64,000 nucleotides of DNA from an uncultured Candidatus Saccharibacteria bacterium (GCA_964348495.1 CAYGCZ010000001.1:7951-71950), one strand, 5' to 3'; positions 13,543 to 22,080 are shown, counted from the stretch's first letter. The notes: generated from the sequence alone by a model not told the origin. Program-made: numbers and translations.

Positions 13543-16500
13543 ATGAAAGAGGGGAAGTTCAACGTACTCTACCGCAAACTCAACGCCGAGCAAAAGGCGG
13601 CGGTGGATGCGATCGACGGGCCGGTGATGGTGATTGCCGGCCCGGGCACCGGCAAGACGCAGATACTCACCCTGCGTATCGCCAACATCTTGCGCACGAC
13701 CGACACCTCACCCGACTCCATCCTCGCCCTTACGTTCACCGAGGCCGCCGCCGCCAATATGAGAAAGCGCCTCGTCGCCACGATCGGCTCGGCGGGGTAT
13801 CAGGTGAACATCTCCACCTTCCACGGCTTTTGCAACAAGATCATCCAAGAGTATGCGGAGCGCTTCCCGCGCATCATTGGCTACAACAACGCCTCGCAGG
13901 TCGATCAGATCGACCTTATTCGCAGCGTTCTTGAATCACGCTCCTTTACCTACCTCAAACCCTTCGGCGATCACTTCTTTCACGTCTCCAATATCGTAGG
14001 CGGCATCCGCGATCTCAAAAAAGAAGGCATTTCGGTCGCGCATTTCAAAGAGATTATCGCGCAGGAAAAAGAGGCGCTTCTCGCGCGCGACGATCTCTAT
14101 CACACAAAAGGTGCGCATAAAGGCAAGATGAAGAGCGAGGCGCAAAAAGAACAAAAGATTCTTGAAAAAAACGAAGAGCTCGCGTATTTTTATGAGGTGT
14201 ATGAGCGCGAACTCGCCGAACGCAAACTCTACGACTTTGAAGACATGCTTCTTGCCGTTATCGGCGAACTTGAACACAACAAGGACTTTCTTTTGGAGCT
14301 CCAAGAAAAGTACCAGTATATTCTTGTTGATGAACACCAAGACACCAACGGTGCTCAAAATAAAATACTCGAACTTCTCGCGAGCTTTTTCCCCAACCCC
14401 AACCTCTTTGTCGTCGGCGATGAAAAACAGGCGATCTTTCGTTTTCAAGGCGCAAGTTTGGCAAACTTTTTGTATTTTAAGGACACCTTCCAAGGCGTGC
14501 GCCTCGTGAGTTTGGTGCACAACTACCGCAGTACGCAGTCCATCCTTGATGCCTCACAAAGTCTGATTGAGCACAACGCAATCAAGCCGCTCTCATCACC
14601 CTTGAGGGCGGCAGGGAAGGGGCCTGCCCGCCCCGCAAACGATAGCGTTGCGGGCGGGAGTCCGATCGATATCTACTCCTTCAACACCGAAGAAGGTGAA
14701 CGGCTTTTCATAACCGAACGTGTCGCCATGCTCATCGCCGAGGGGGTGCCAGCCGACGAGATCGCCGTTCTCTACCGCAACAACAGCGATGCGTTTCCAA
14801 TCGCCGAAGATCTTGAGCGCGCGGGTGTTCCTTTTGTCGTCGAATCCGACCGCGACATCTTGGGTGATGTCGATATTCGCAAGTTCAATACACTCATAAC
14901 GGCCATCGGCACCTTTGGCAACGACGAAGCACTCGTCAAGGCATTTCATATCGACTTTCTCGCCATCAATCCGCTCGTCGTCTATCGCGCGCTTGGTGCG
15001 GCAAAAGAAGCGCGCATGAGTTTGCATGCCTTTCTCGACATAGCCGCCGCGTCAAAAGGAAAGAAAAAAACAAAAGATCCGCTCGTCGCGCTCTATGGCA
15101 AGATACGTGCATGGAAAACACTGAGCCACAACACCGATTTTCTCAATTTCTTCACTACCGTCGCACGCGAATCCGGACTCATCAATCACCTTATCGCGCA
15201 TCCGCACCGTGTCGAAAAGTTGGACAAAATAGGCGCCCTCTACGATGAGATCGCGCATATCGTCGAGCACCACAGCGATTACTCGATTACCGAGTATCTC
15301 TACTACCTCGAAGTACTCGAACGTCATGGTGTGATGATCAAGGCGCGTTCTCGCCGCATGGGGAGTTCCGTGCGCCTCATGACGGCGCACAAGGCAAAAG
15401 GACTCGAGTTTGAACACGTCTTTGTTATCGGTGTCTACGATGGTCATTGGGGCAACAAACGCTCGATGGCGACCTTTCGCCTCCCGACGCGCATCAAAAC
15501 CATCGATACCGAGGGTGAGCGCAACGAAGACGAACGCCGACTTTTCTATATGGCGCTCACGCGCGCCAAGACGCATGTCATCGCCACCTACGCGCGTCAT
15601 GGCGCGGACGGCAAAGAGCGCGTGCCGAGCCAATTCGTGGGTGAGATACATGAGGAGCTTCGTGTTGAACACGACGGCGAAGAGTACGATGCTCGCGTCA
15701 AAAAAGAAGCGCGCTTCATGCCGCGCGCCGAGGGCGAAATCACCGATGTTGCCGCCTTTCTCAAAGAACGTTTCGTAGAGCAAGGCCTCTCACCCACGGC
15801 GCTCAACAACTATCTCACCTGTCCCTGGCGTTATTATTTCAACAGTTTGGTGCGTATTCCGCTCGCGCCCGGCTACCATCAGACGTACGGCATCATCATG
15901 CACAAGGTACTTGAAGAATTCTTCAACGCGCGCTCACCCTTGTATGTCGAAAAGCACGCCGACGCGCCAGGATCGGGGGAGGAGGCCGGTGCCGACTTTA
16001 TGGAAAAGCGTTTTATCTACCATCTCGATCGCCGCCCCATAAACGAGCGTCTCTATGAAGACCTCAAGAAAAAAGGTATCGAGACGTTGCGTGCTTATCA
16101 CGAGGCGGGACATCAAACGTGGAACTACAACACCGTCAACGAATACTATATCAAAGGTATTGAAGTCGGCGGGGTCAAGCTCACCGGTAAATTAGATAAG
16201 CTTGAGCTCGAACTCGATGGCGAGCACGTGCTCGTCGTAGACTACAAAACCAAAAAGCCGCAGAGCCGCAACTGGATAGAGGGTGCGACCGCCTCCGCCG
16301 ACGGCAACTTCAAGCGCCAGCTCGTCTTCTACAAACTCCTTTTGGACGAGATGCCGCATGGCAGGTATGTCATGCGCGCGGGCGCGATAGACTTTGTAGA
16401 ACCCGACGAAAAAGGCCGTTTCAAGCGCGAGGTTTTTGAGATAACCGACGAAGAAGTAATCGCTCTCAAAACCGAAATCGCCCGCGTCGCCGAGGAGATC

Positions 16501-16581
16501 AGCACCATGGCCTTTTGGGACACGCGCTGTGGCGACAAAGACTGCGAATATTGCCCCCTGCGCGACATGATGCGGGGGTAG
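13543..16581 (+). CDS. UvrD/PcrA-family helicase fused to a C-terminal PD-(D/E)xK nuclease with Cas4/AddB-type Fe-S cysteine cluster
   Basis: Walker A AGPGTGKTQ, motifs FTEAAAANM, DEHQDTN, TAHKAKGLEF. C-terminus has LTCPW...VVDYKTKKP...C-x5-C-x2-C (WDTRCGDKDCEYCPL). Confidence 0.85.
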   Translation: MKEGKFNVLYRKLNAEQKAAVDAIDGPVMVIAGPGTGKTQILTLRIANILRTTDTSPDSILALTFTEAAAANMRKRLVATIGSAGYQVNISTFHGFCNKIIQEYAERFPRIIGYNNASQVDQIDLIRSVLESRSFTYLKPFGDHFFHVSNIVGGIRDLKKEGISVAHFKEIIAQEKEALLARDDLYHTKGAHKGKMKSEAQKEQKILEKNEELAYFYEVYERELAERKLYDFEDMLLAVIGELEHNKDFLLELQEKYQYILVDEHQDTNGAQNKILELLASFFPNPNLFVVGDEKQAIFRFQGASLANFLYFKDTFQGVRLVSLVHNYRSTQSILDASQSLIEHNAIKPLSSPLRAAGKGPARPANDSVAGGSPIDIYSFNTEEGERLFITERVAMLIAEGVPADEIAVLYRNNSDAFPIAEDLERAGVPFVVESDRDILGDVDIRKFNTLITAIGTFGNDEALVKAFHIDFLAINPLVVYRALGAAKEARMSLHAFLDIAAASKGKKKTKDPLVALYGKIRAWKTLSHNTDFLNFFTTVARESGLINHLIAHPHRVEKLDKIGALYDEIAHIVEHHSDYSITEYLYYLEVLERHGVMIKARSRRMGSSVRLMTAHKAKGLEFEHVFVIGVYDGHWGNKRSMATFRLPTRIKTIDTEGERNEDERRLFYMALTRAKTHVIATYARHGADGKERVPSQFVGEIHEELRVEHDGEEYDARVKKEARFMPRAEGEITDVAAFLKERFVEQGLSPTALNNYLTCPWRYYFNSLVRIPLAPGYHQTYGIIMHKVLEEFFNARSPLYVEKHADAPGSGEEAGADFMEKRFIYHLDRRPINERLYEDLKKKGIETLRAYHEAGHQTWNYNTVNEYYIKGIEVGGVKLTGKLDKLELELDGEHVLVVDYKTKKPQSRNWIEGATASADGNFKRQLVFYKLLLDEMPHGRYVMRAGAIDFVEPDEKGRFKREVFEITDEEVIALKTEIARVAEEISTMAFWDTRCGDKDCEYCPLRDMMRG

Positions 16582-16674
16582 TAATCGATTGTGGGTGAGT
16601 AACTGACTTTTGATATAGGATATGCTATACTCGCCAAAGGTTTTTAAATAGCGACTTGAAGAGGAGAAAAAAGC

Positions 16675-16899
16675 ATGGCTTTTTCTTTTACGTCTAAAGA
16701 GTTGGCGGAAATGCCCTTTCCGCAGGAAAACAAAAAATGTCCCTGTGGTTGCGGGAAGCAACTCATGGGCGACAAAGAAGATCGTCAAGTAATGATGGTC
16801 GACGGAGTTCCACAGGAGGTGAACGCCGATTGCTACTATAAAGGATTAAGCGACCTGATCGACAAGAACCCTGTCGGTCTCCCGACAAAAAGCGAGTAA
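16675..16899 (+). CDS. small Cys-containing hypothetical protein (CPCGCGK motif)
   Basis: 74-aa ORF with an upstream gaggag RBS. No recognisable family. Confidence 0.35.
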   Translation: MAFSFTSKELAEMPFPQENKKCPCGCGKQLMGDKEDRQVMMVDGVPQEVNADCYYKGLSDLIDKNPVGLPTKSE

Positions 16900-17051
16900 C
16901 GCATCTTCCGCCCCCCGCGCCGGCGTTGGTTTCACTACCAACCCGGCGTTTTTGTTTATTTCCAACCACTCAATCACCCACCCATCCATCCATCCACCAA
17001 CATACTTACATACGCACTCACCTACTCACATATTCACATCCGTCACTCCGG

Positions 17052-17085
17052 AACCTAAAATGATGCACGTGCATCATTTTAGGTT
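17052..17085. repeat. perfect 34-bp palindrome aacctaaaatgatgcac|gtgcatcattttaggtt (palindrome family C, copy 1)
   Basis: Exact two-fold symmetry. It is flanked by a CA-rich arm (16962-17040) and a GT-rich arm (17107-17180). Confidence 0.95.
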
Positions 17086-17227
17086 ACCTTGATTTTTGAT
17101 ACGTAGTTGAGCGCGTGTGTATCGAGTGTGCATCGAGTGCGCGTGTGCGTGAGTGAGTATGTGTGGCATGAGAGGGGATTTGATGCTACGATAGACGCAC
17201 GTTTGTTCGGGGGCGAGCGGATGCATC

Positions 17228-17797
17228 ATGAAGATTCGCGATACCGAGATACCCCTTACTCAGATCGTCCTCGCCCTCGCGGCAGTCGGTGGGTTGTTGC
17301 TTATCGTTGCGGTCGTACCCAACGTCTCCCAAATTTTCAAACTCTTCGGCATTGGAAAAAGAAAAAAGAGCTATACTCCCAAGCAGTACAGCCGTGCCGT
17401 CAAATCATTGGAGCGGCAAGGGTATGTTGCCATTCGGCGTACCGGCCGCGACGAGCGGATTCATATTACGCCCGAAGGTCGTATGGCTTTCGAGCTGTAT
17501 AGGGCACGTCATCTCGACACCGCCCGCCCTAAAAAGTGGGATGGCAAATGGCGTGTGATTATTTTTGATATTGATCGAAAGCGGAGTTTTTTACGCAATA
17601 GGCTTCGTAATACGCTACAAGGTGTAGGTTTTGTGTATGTACAACATAGCGTATGGGCGTTTCCCTATCCTTGCGAATGGCTGGTGCAATTGATAAAAGT
17701 TGATTGCGAGGTGGGTACAGAAGTGCTCTTCCTTACCGTTGAAGCACTAGAAGGTGATGAACGACTACGTCAACATTTTCGTTTGCCACATAAATAA
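17228..17797 (+). CDS. PaaX-like protein: N-terminal TM helix, winged-helix domain and C-terminal Cas2-like (PaaX_C-type) domain
   Basis: TM segment IVLALAAVGGLLLIVAVV. wHTH YSRAVKSLERQGYVAIRRTGRDERIHITPEGR. WDGKWRVIIFDIDRKRSFLRNRLRNTLQGVGFVYVQHSVWAFPY resembles the Cas2/PaaX C-terminal core. Confidence 0.55.
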   Translation: MKIRDTEIPLTQIVLALAAVGGLLLIVAVVPNVSQIFKLFGIGKRKKSYTPKQYSRAVKSLERQGYVAIRRTGRDERIHITPEGRMAFELYRARHLDTARPKKWDGKWRVIIFDIDRKRSFLRNRLRNTLQGVGFVYVQHSVWAFPYPCEWLVQLIKVDCEVGTEVLFLTVEALEGDERLRQHFRLPHK

Positions 17798-17841
17798 CAC
17801 AGAACCTAAAATGATGCACGTGCATCATTTTAGGTTCTGTG
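17798..17841. repeat. perfect 44-bp palindrome (family C, copy 2; same core as 17052-17085, extended by cacag/ctgtg)
   Basis: cacagaacctaaaatgatgcac|gtgcatcattttaggttctgtg. It overlaps the stop codon of the PaaX-like gene. Confidence 0.95.
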
Positions 17842-17910
17842 GTTTTTGTTTTTTTGGTGAACGGTGTTTTGTCGGATAGTTTTTTTGATGGGCGGTATTT
17901 TTTTGACATT

Positions 17911-17935
17911 AAAAAACCTCCGGGGTTGCCGGAGG
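17911..17935 (-). terminator. terminator of the minus-strand CDF gene
   Basis: cctccgg/ccggagg stem preceded on the plus strand by aaaaaa, which is a T-tract on the minus strand. Confidence 0.5.
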
Positions 17936-17960
17936 TCGGGAAGGGCTACTGGTTATCCGT

Positions 17961-18551
17961 TCATGCATGGTGGTGATCTGCCTCCTTTCCTTGGATGGTT
18001 GTGTAGGTTATCCAGAGGGTGAGTAGGATCATATATACCGAAATCCAGAATGATAGATATGCATCCCACTGTGCGCCACCGGCGTATACGATGATAGCCG
18101 AGGCGAGTACAGCAAATGAAATGAGGACATCGCACAGAAGGTGCGCGTTTACGATGGTCTTGAGCGATCCGCCGTGCATGGGATGAATTATAAGGAACTG
18201 TCCGGCATTTCCTCCCAAACCGATCAGTGCGCCCACGCTCATGAGCAGAGGGTCGACGGGTATCGATCCTGCGTCAATGCGGTGCATCGCCTCGGCGTTT
18301 ACACGCAGTGCGCCGTAGGCGAGGAGGAGTATGCCGGCAATCACGACGGCGCGCCGCAGGGATGCTTTGTTGAGGATCATTGCCGCGAAGGCACCTCCCG
18401 TAACGAGTATGTCGGTAGACATATGCCACGCGTCGCCGGCGAGGGCATTGCTGGCGGAGCAATGTACGAGGATCCATTGCATACAAAGCGCAAGAGATCC
18501 AATACCAAGTGCGAAACCATATCTTCGCGCATCGTGCGTATGAGTGTGCAT
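17961..18551 (-). CDS. cation diffusion facilitator (CDF) family transporter, membrane domain only
   Basis: HMSTDILVTGGAFAAMIL and HAEAM...D metal-site motifs, 5-6 TM segments and a His-rich end (DHHHA). At 196 aa it lacks the usual cytoplasmic C-terminal domain. Confidence 0.65.
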   Translation of the reverse strand: MHTHTHDARRYGFALGIGSLALCMQWILVHCSASNALAGDAWHMSTDILVTGGAFAAMILNKASLRRAVVIAGILLLAYGALRVNAEAMHRIDAGSIPVDPLLMSVGALIGLGGNAGQFLIIHPMHGGSLKTIVNAHLLCDVLISFAVLASAIIVYAGGAQWDAYLSFWISVYMILLTLWITYTTIQGKEADHHHA

Positions 18552-18570
18552 GACACACCTCCGTTTGGGT

Positions 18571-18693
18571 TTATTAGCGACGTAGAGCGAGTGAAATGAG
18601 AAAACGAAGCGAAGCGGAGTTTTCTCATTTCCGAGCCGAGGAGCTAATATGGGTTCAATACCTCGGGGCTCTGCCCCGAGGGACTATATTGCA
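18571..18693. repeat. Repeat family B copy 1 (~123 bp)
   Basis: About 85% identical to 55824..55947. It has internal IR atgagaaaac...gttttctcat and a perfect hairpin cctcggggc-tct-gccccgagg. Confidence 0.85.
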
Positions 18694-18755
18694 GTGAAAG
18701 AACTATATGCAGACAACCATATTTTTTTCCTATGCGCAAGACATGTTTGGGGTTA

Positions 18756-18922
18756 AGAGCCTGTTCAAGATCTCGCGGTACCCAACGTGAACATACAGGT
18801 TTTTAGGCGAAACATGAGTCGGAGCACGAGTCGTACTAGTAGTACGACGAGTGTGAGACGAAATTTTGTAGCCAAAAACCTCGTGTTTTCAGGTTGGGGG
18901 AAGATCTTGAACAGGCTCTAAG
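18756..18922. repeat. Repeat family A copy 2 (167 bp, perfect 17-bp TIRs)
   Basis: gagcctgttcaagatct ... agatcttgaacaggctc. Same internal structure as 2276..2442. Confidence 0.85.
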
Positions 18923-18929
18923 AACTATA

Positions 18930-18970
18930 TGAAACGCCCCCCGTTTGCGTAGCAAACGGGGGGCGTTTCA
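18930..18970. terminator. bidirectional intrinsic terminator (19-bp perfect stem)
   Basis: tgaaacgccccccgtttgc-gta-gcaaacggggggcgtttca. It lies immediately 3' of the minus-strand DsbA-like gene. Confidence 0.7.
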
Positions 18971-18981
18971 TATCGTGCGCT

Positions 18982-19746
18982 CTATCGCTTCAGCGCTTCT
19001 TCTATAAAGCGCTTCATGGTTTCGTAGGACTGGGCACCGGCGGGGAGGGGAAGGACGGAGCCGTCTTTGAGAATGATGAAGCCGGTCGGGGTGGCACGGA
19101 CGCCGGCGTCGATGCCGCCTTCGAGCTGTTCTGATATGAGATCGGCGTAACGCTCGCTTGTAAGGCAGGTGTTGAATGCGGTGAGGACGGCGCCTTTAAA
19201 GCCGATATTTTGCGCGATCACGGGAAGTTGGTCGAGCTCCAGGCGGTTGTTGGAGGGAGTAATGGCGAAGATGCCATCTATGTACGACCAGAATGCGTCG
19301 CGGCCGCCGACCTCTGCGGCACACTCTGCGGCGCGGGCCTCAACGCGCGCCTTGGGGTGGATGGTATCAAGCGGGAAGTGGCGGTAGACCCACGCCACCT
19401 TGCCGTCATTGCCGTAGGTCTTGTAGACGTTGAGCATCGTCTCGTGGAAGACCTTGCAGAAGGGGCACTCCAAGTCGGAGTATTCAACGACGGTGAGAGC
19501 GGCCTTCGGGTCGCCGCGGAGATGATCATTGGCCGATAGAGGTGGGAGATTTTGCGCCGTCTCTATGGCTCCCTCGTCGGCGGAGGGTTGCGCTGCGCTG
19601 TGCGGGGATTTGGTGATGAGGATGGCACCGGCGATGATGAGGCCGGCGATGATGATCGCCGTGGGCGTTGTGAGGGTAAACCCTGCGCGCTTGTGAGAAG
19701 TTTCGTGTTCCATATGGTTCCATTGTATCTGAAAGAGGGTTTCCAC
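18982..19746 (-). CDS. DsbA-family thiol:disulfide oxidoreductase, membrane-anchored
   Basis: N-terminal TM segment, CPFC active-site motif, thioredoxin-fold context ...VYRHFPLDTIHP... Confidence 0.8.
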   Translation of the reverse strand: METLFQIQWNHMEHETSHKRAGFTLTTPTAIIIAGLIIAGAILITKSPHSAAQPSADEGAIETAQNLPPLSANDHLRGDPKAALTVVEYSDLECPFCKVFHETMLNVYKTYGNDGKVAWVYRHFPLDTIHPKARVEARAAECAAEVGGRDAFWSYIDGIFAITPSNNRLELDQLPVIAQNIGFKGAVLTAFNTCLTSERYADLISEQLEGGIDAGVRATPTGFIILKDGSVLPLPAGAQSYETMKRFIEEALKR

Positions 19747-19843
19747 AAGGACTTGCTTTTAAATAAAATATGTAGTACTGTGCACGTAATGCTCGATAGG
19801 CGGGCAGTGTTCTTAAGATACATAAACACACGAGGAGTTCACT

Positions 19844-20338
19844 ATGGCTATGGTAAAAGGTAGCAGTCGTGCACGGTTGAATATTTTGCTTGCTGCACAG
19901 AAATTATTTTCGGAGAGAGGGTATGAGGGAGCTTCCACGACAGATATTGCCAATGAGGCCGGGGTAACCCAACCCCTTATTCACTATCACTTTCAGAGCA
20001 AGCAAAAGCTTTTTAAGGAAGTGATTCGGGAAGGACTGGTGATAGTGGGGAAGGTGAAGGAAAATTTTTTCCTTCCCGTTGGAAGGATTCACACGGATGT
20101 GTTGACAATAATTCTCAGGGAGTCTGTTTCCAAAGGAGAAATATGGGGATGGATCGAAGAGTTTTTCGATGGCGGAGTGCCAAACATCTTTTTGGAAAAG
20201 ATGTACGGGAGGTTGATACACGGATGGAAAAACCCTTTTTTTCTTCAAAACGAGTATGAAAAGAGGAATGGAAACCCATTTCAGCCCGATGAGGGGGGCT
20301 GGATTCACTTCGATATCTCAACATTCACTTCACTGTAA
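19844..20338 (+). CDS. TetR-family transcriptional regulator
   Basis: N-terminal HTH RLNILLAAQKLFSERGYEGASTTDIANEAGVTQPLIHYHFQSK. Lower-GC gene. Confidence 0.8.
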   Translation: MAMVKGSSRARLNILLAAQKLFSERGYEGASTTDIANEAGVTQPLIHYHFQSKQKLFKEVIREGLVIVGKVKENFFLPVGRIHTDVLTIILRESVSKGEIWGWIEEFFDGGVPNIFLEKMYGRLIHGWKNPFFLQNEYEKRNGNPFQPDEGGWIHFDISTFTSL

Positions 20339-20354
20339 GTGAATGTTGAGATAT
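20313..20354. promoter_or_regulatory. perfect 17-bp inverted repeat (candidate TetR operator or attenuator) spanning the TetR stop codon
   Basis: atatctcaacattcact-tcactgta-agtgaatgttgagatat, located 77 bp upstream of the ATP-cone nuclease start at 20431. Confidence 0.45.
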
Positions 20355-20430
20355 GCTATTCAAACCGCAAGGATGCGGTTTTTTCGTTGTCCTTTCGCGG
20401 GGAGCGAACGGTGCGGTATACTTTTTGTAT

Positions 20431-21270
20431 ATGGTTGATATCACCAAAGCATCGGGCGAGCGTGAGCCGTTTGATCGTACTAAATTGTGCGACTCGTTGC
20501 GTATGGCGCATGCGCCTGAAGACGTGGTGGCACACGTCTGCGCGTTGGTAGAGCAGGATATCCAGCCGGGCGCCACGACCTCGTACCTCTTTCGCAAGGC
20601 GACACGCCACCTGATGAAAGCCAACCCTGCCGTCGCGGCGCGCTATAATCTCAAACGCGGCATCGCGGAGCTTGGTCCGGCAGGTTTCTTTTTTGAGCAG
20701 TTCCTTGAGGTGATGTTGAAGGAGATGGGATACGAGACGGAACGCAACCGCATCATGAAGGGACGGTGCGTTGAGCATGAGGTGGACGTGGTTGCGCACG
20801 GCAAAGATGAACATTATCTGATTGAAGCGAAATATCACAACAGTCCTCATTTGCGTACGCATGTGGATGTTGTCATGTATGCGGATGCGCGTTTGCAAGA
20901 CATCTCCGAAGAGCCGACGCGCAAGCGCGAGGGGGTGCGCCACGGCATGTGGCTTATCACCAACACTAAATTTACGCATACGGCAATACAATATGCGCAG
21001 TGCCGCGGGCTCACGCTTACCGGATGGCGGTATCCGAAGGATAACGGCTTGGAGGATCTGATCGCCAAACATGTACTCTATCCGGTAACGGCCCTGCCCT
21101 CGGTCAATCCCTATGTTCGCCACATCTTTGCAAAATATGATATGATGCTGGTGCGGGATCTCGCCGTCTACTCGGAGGACGATCTGGTAAAAAAGTTTGA
21201 GATTCATCGTCCGGTCGCGCGCGGGATCATACGCGAAGCCCACGCGCTCATTTATGGCGACGCGGTCTGA
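20431..21270 (+). CDS. ATP-cone domain fused to Mrr-type (PD-(D/E)xK) restriction-endonuclease-like domain
   Basis: ATP-cone VDITKASGEREPFDRTKLCDSLRMA.... Nuclease core HEVDVVAHGKDEHYLIEAKYHNS. The probable start is the ATG at 20431, inside the ORF 20353..21270. Confidence 0.7.
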   Translation: MVDITKASGEREPFDRTKLCDSLRMAHAPEDVVAHVCALVEQDIQPGATTSYLFRKATRHLMKANPAVAARYNLKRGIAELGPAGFFFEQFLEVMLKEMGYETERNRIMKGRCVEHEVDVVAHGKDEHYLIEAKYHNSPHLRTHVDVVMYADARLQDISEEPTRKREGVRHGMWLITNTKFTHTAIQYAQCRGLTLTGWRYPKDNGLEDLIAKHVLYPVTALPSVNPYVRHIFAKYDMMLVRDLAVYSEDDLVKKFEIHRPVARGIIREAHALIYGDAV

Positions 21271-21300
21271 TCTGCGTGTATCATCAACACATCAACATCT

Positions 21301-21915
21301 ATGACCAAACATATTAGTATTTTTATCGGTATCATCGTTCTGGGCCTCGGCATCTTCCTTTTTGCGGCGGGAGGTCGCTCGGCATCAGACGATACGCTTA
21401 CTTCTTCTCCCTCTATGAGTACGACCACGACTCCGGTACAGGTAACCTTGGTGACAAACAAGGGCTCCATCATTCTTGAAATGTTTACCGAACAGATGCC
21501 GAACACGACGGAAAACTTCCTTTCGCTCGCGGCGGCGGGCTTTTACGACGGTACGAAGTTTCATCGGGTCATCGACGGTTTTATGATCCAGGGCGGCGAC
21601 CCGACCTCCAAGGGCGATGATGCCTCGCTCTATGGCCGAGGCGGCCCGGGGTACACGATTCCCGACGAGTTTGCATCGGGGCTTTCAAACATACGAGGAA
21701 CGATCAGCATGGCCAATGCCGGCCCCAATACGGGCGGCAGTCAGTTCTTCATCAGCGTCGCCGACAACACCTTCTTGGATGGCAAGCACCCGGTCTTTGG
21801 CAAGGTGCTTGAGGGAATGGATGTTGTAGACACTATCTCGCATGCCGAGCGCAATCGCAATGATCTGCCTCTCCAGCCGATTGTGATTGAGAAGATGGTG
21901 ATCACGGGGCGGTAG
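21301..21915 (+). CDS. cyclophilin-type peptidyl-prolyl cis-trans isomerase, membrane-anchored or secreted
   Basis: FHRVIDGFMIQGGDPT...GTISMANAGPNTGGSQFFI, with an N-terminal TM or signal segment. Confidence 0.9.
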   Translation: MTKHISIFIGIIVLGLGIFLFAAGGRSASDDTLTSSPSMSTTTTPVQVTLVTNKGSIILEMFTEQMPNTTENFLSLAAAGFYDGTKFHRVIDGFMIQGGDPTSKGDDASLYGRGGPGYTIPDEFASGLSNIRGTISMANAGPNTGGSQFFISVADNTFLDGKHPVFGKVLEGMDVVDTISHAERNRNDLPLQPIVIEKMVITGR

Positions 21916-21967
21916 CTCCACGCAAAAAGGCGCGCACCCAAAGGGTGCGCGCCTTTTTGCGTGGAGG
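21916..21967 (+). terminator. strong intrinsic terminator after the PPIase gene
   Basis: ctccacgcaaaaaggcgcgcaccc-aaa-gggtgcgcgcctttttgcgtggag. Confidence 0.75.
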
Positions 21968-22080
21968 TCGTTCACCTGTGCATAAGCGCACGCCATGGAG
22001 ACTCGCCTTGTGTGCTATGCTATACGGTATAGGTGCGCATGTGCGTGCGCGGGACGCGCAGTTTTCAATGATATTGTTGT

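Noticed and set aside
17961-18551. Treating the 196-aa CDF gene as a pseudogene because it lacks the cytoplasmic C-terminal domain
   Set aside because: The reading frame is intact and has a proper start, a terminator and metal-site residues. Minimal CDFs without the C-terminal domain may exist, so truncation cannot be asserted from sequence alone.
18141-18599. 152-aa plus-strand ORF opposite the CDF transporter gene
   Set aside because: Antisense to a gene with clear CDF motifs; no RBS or motifs.
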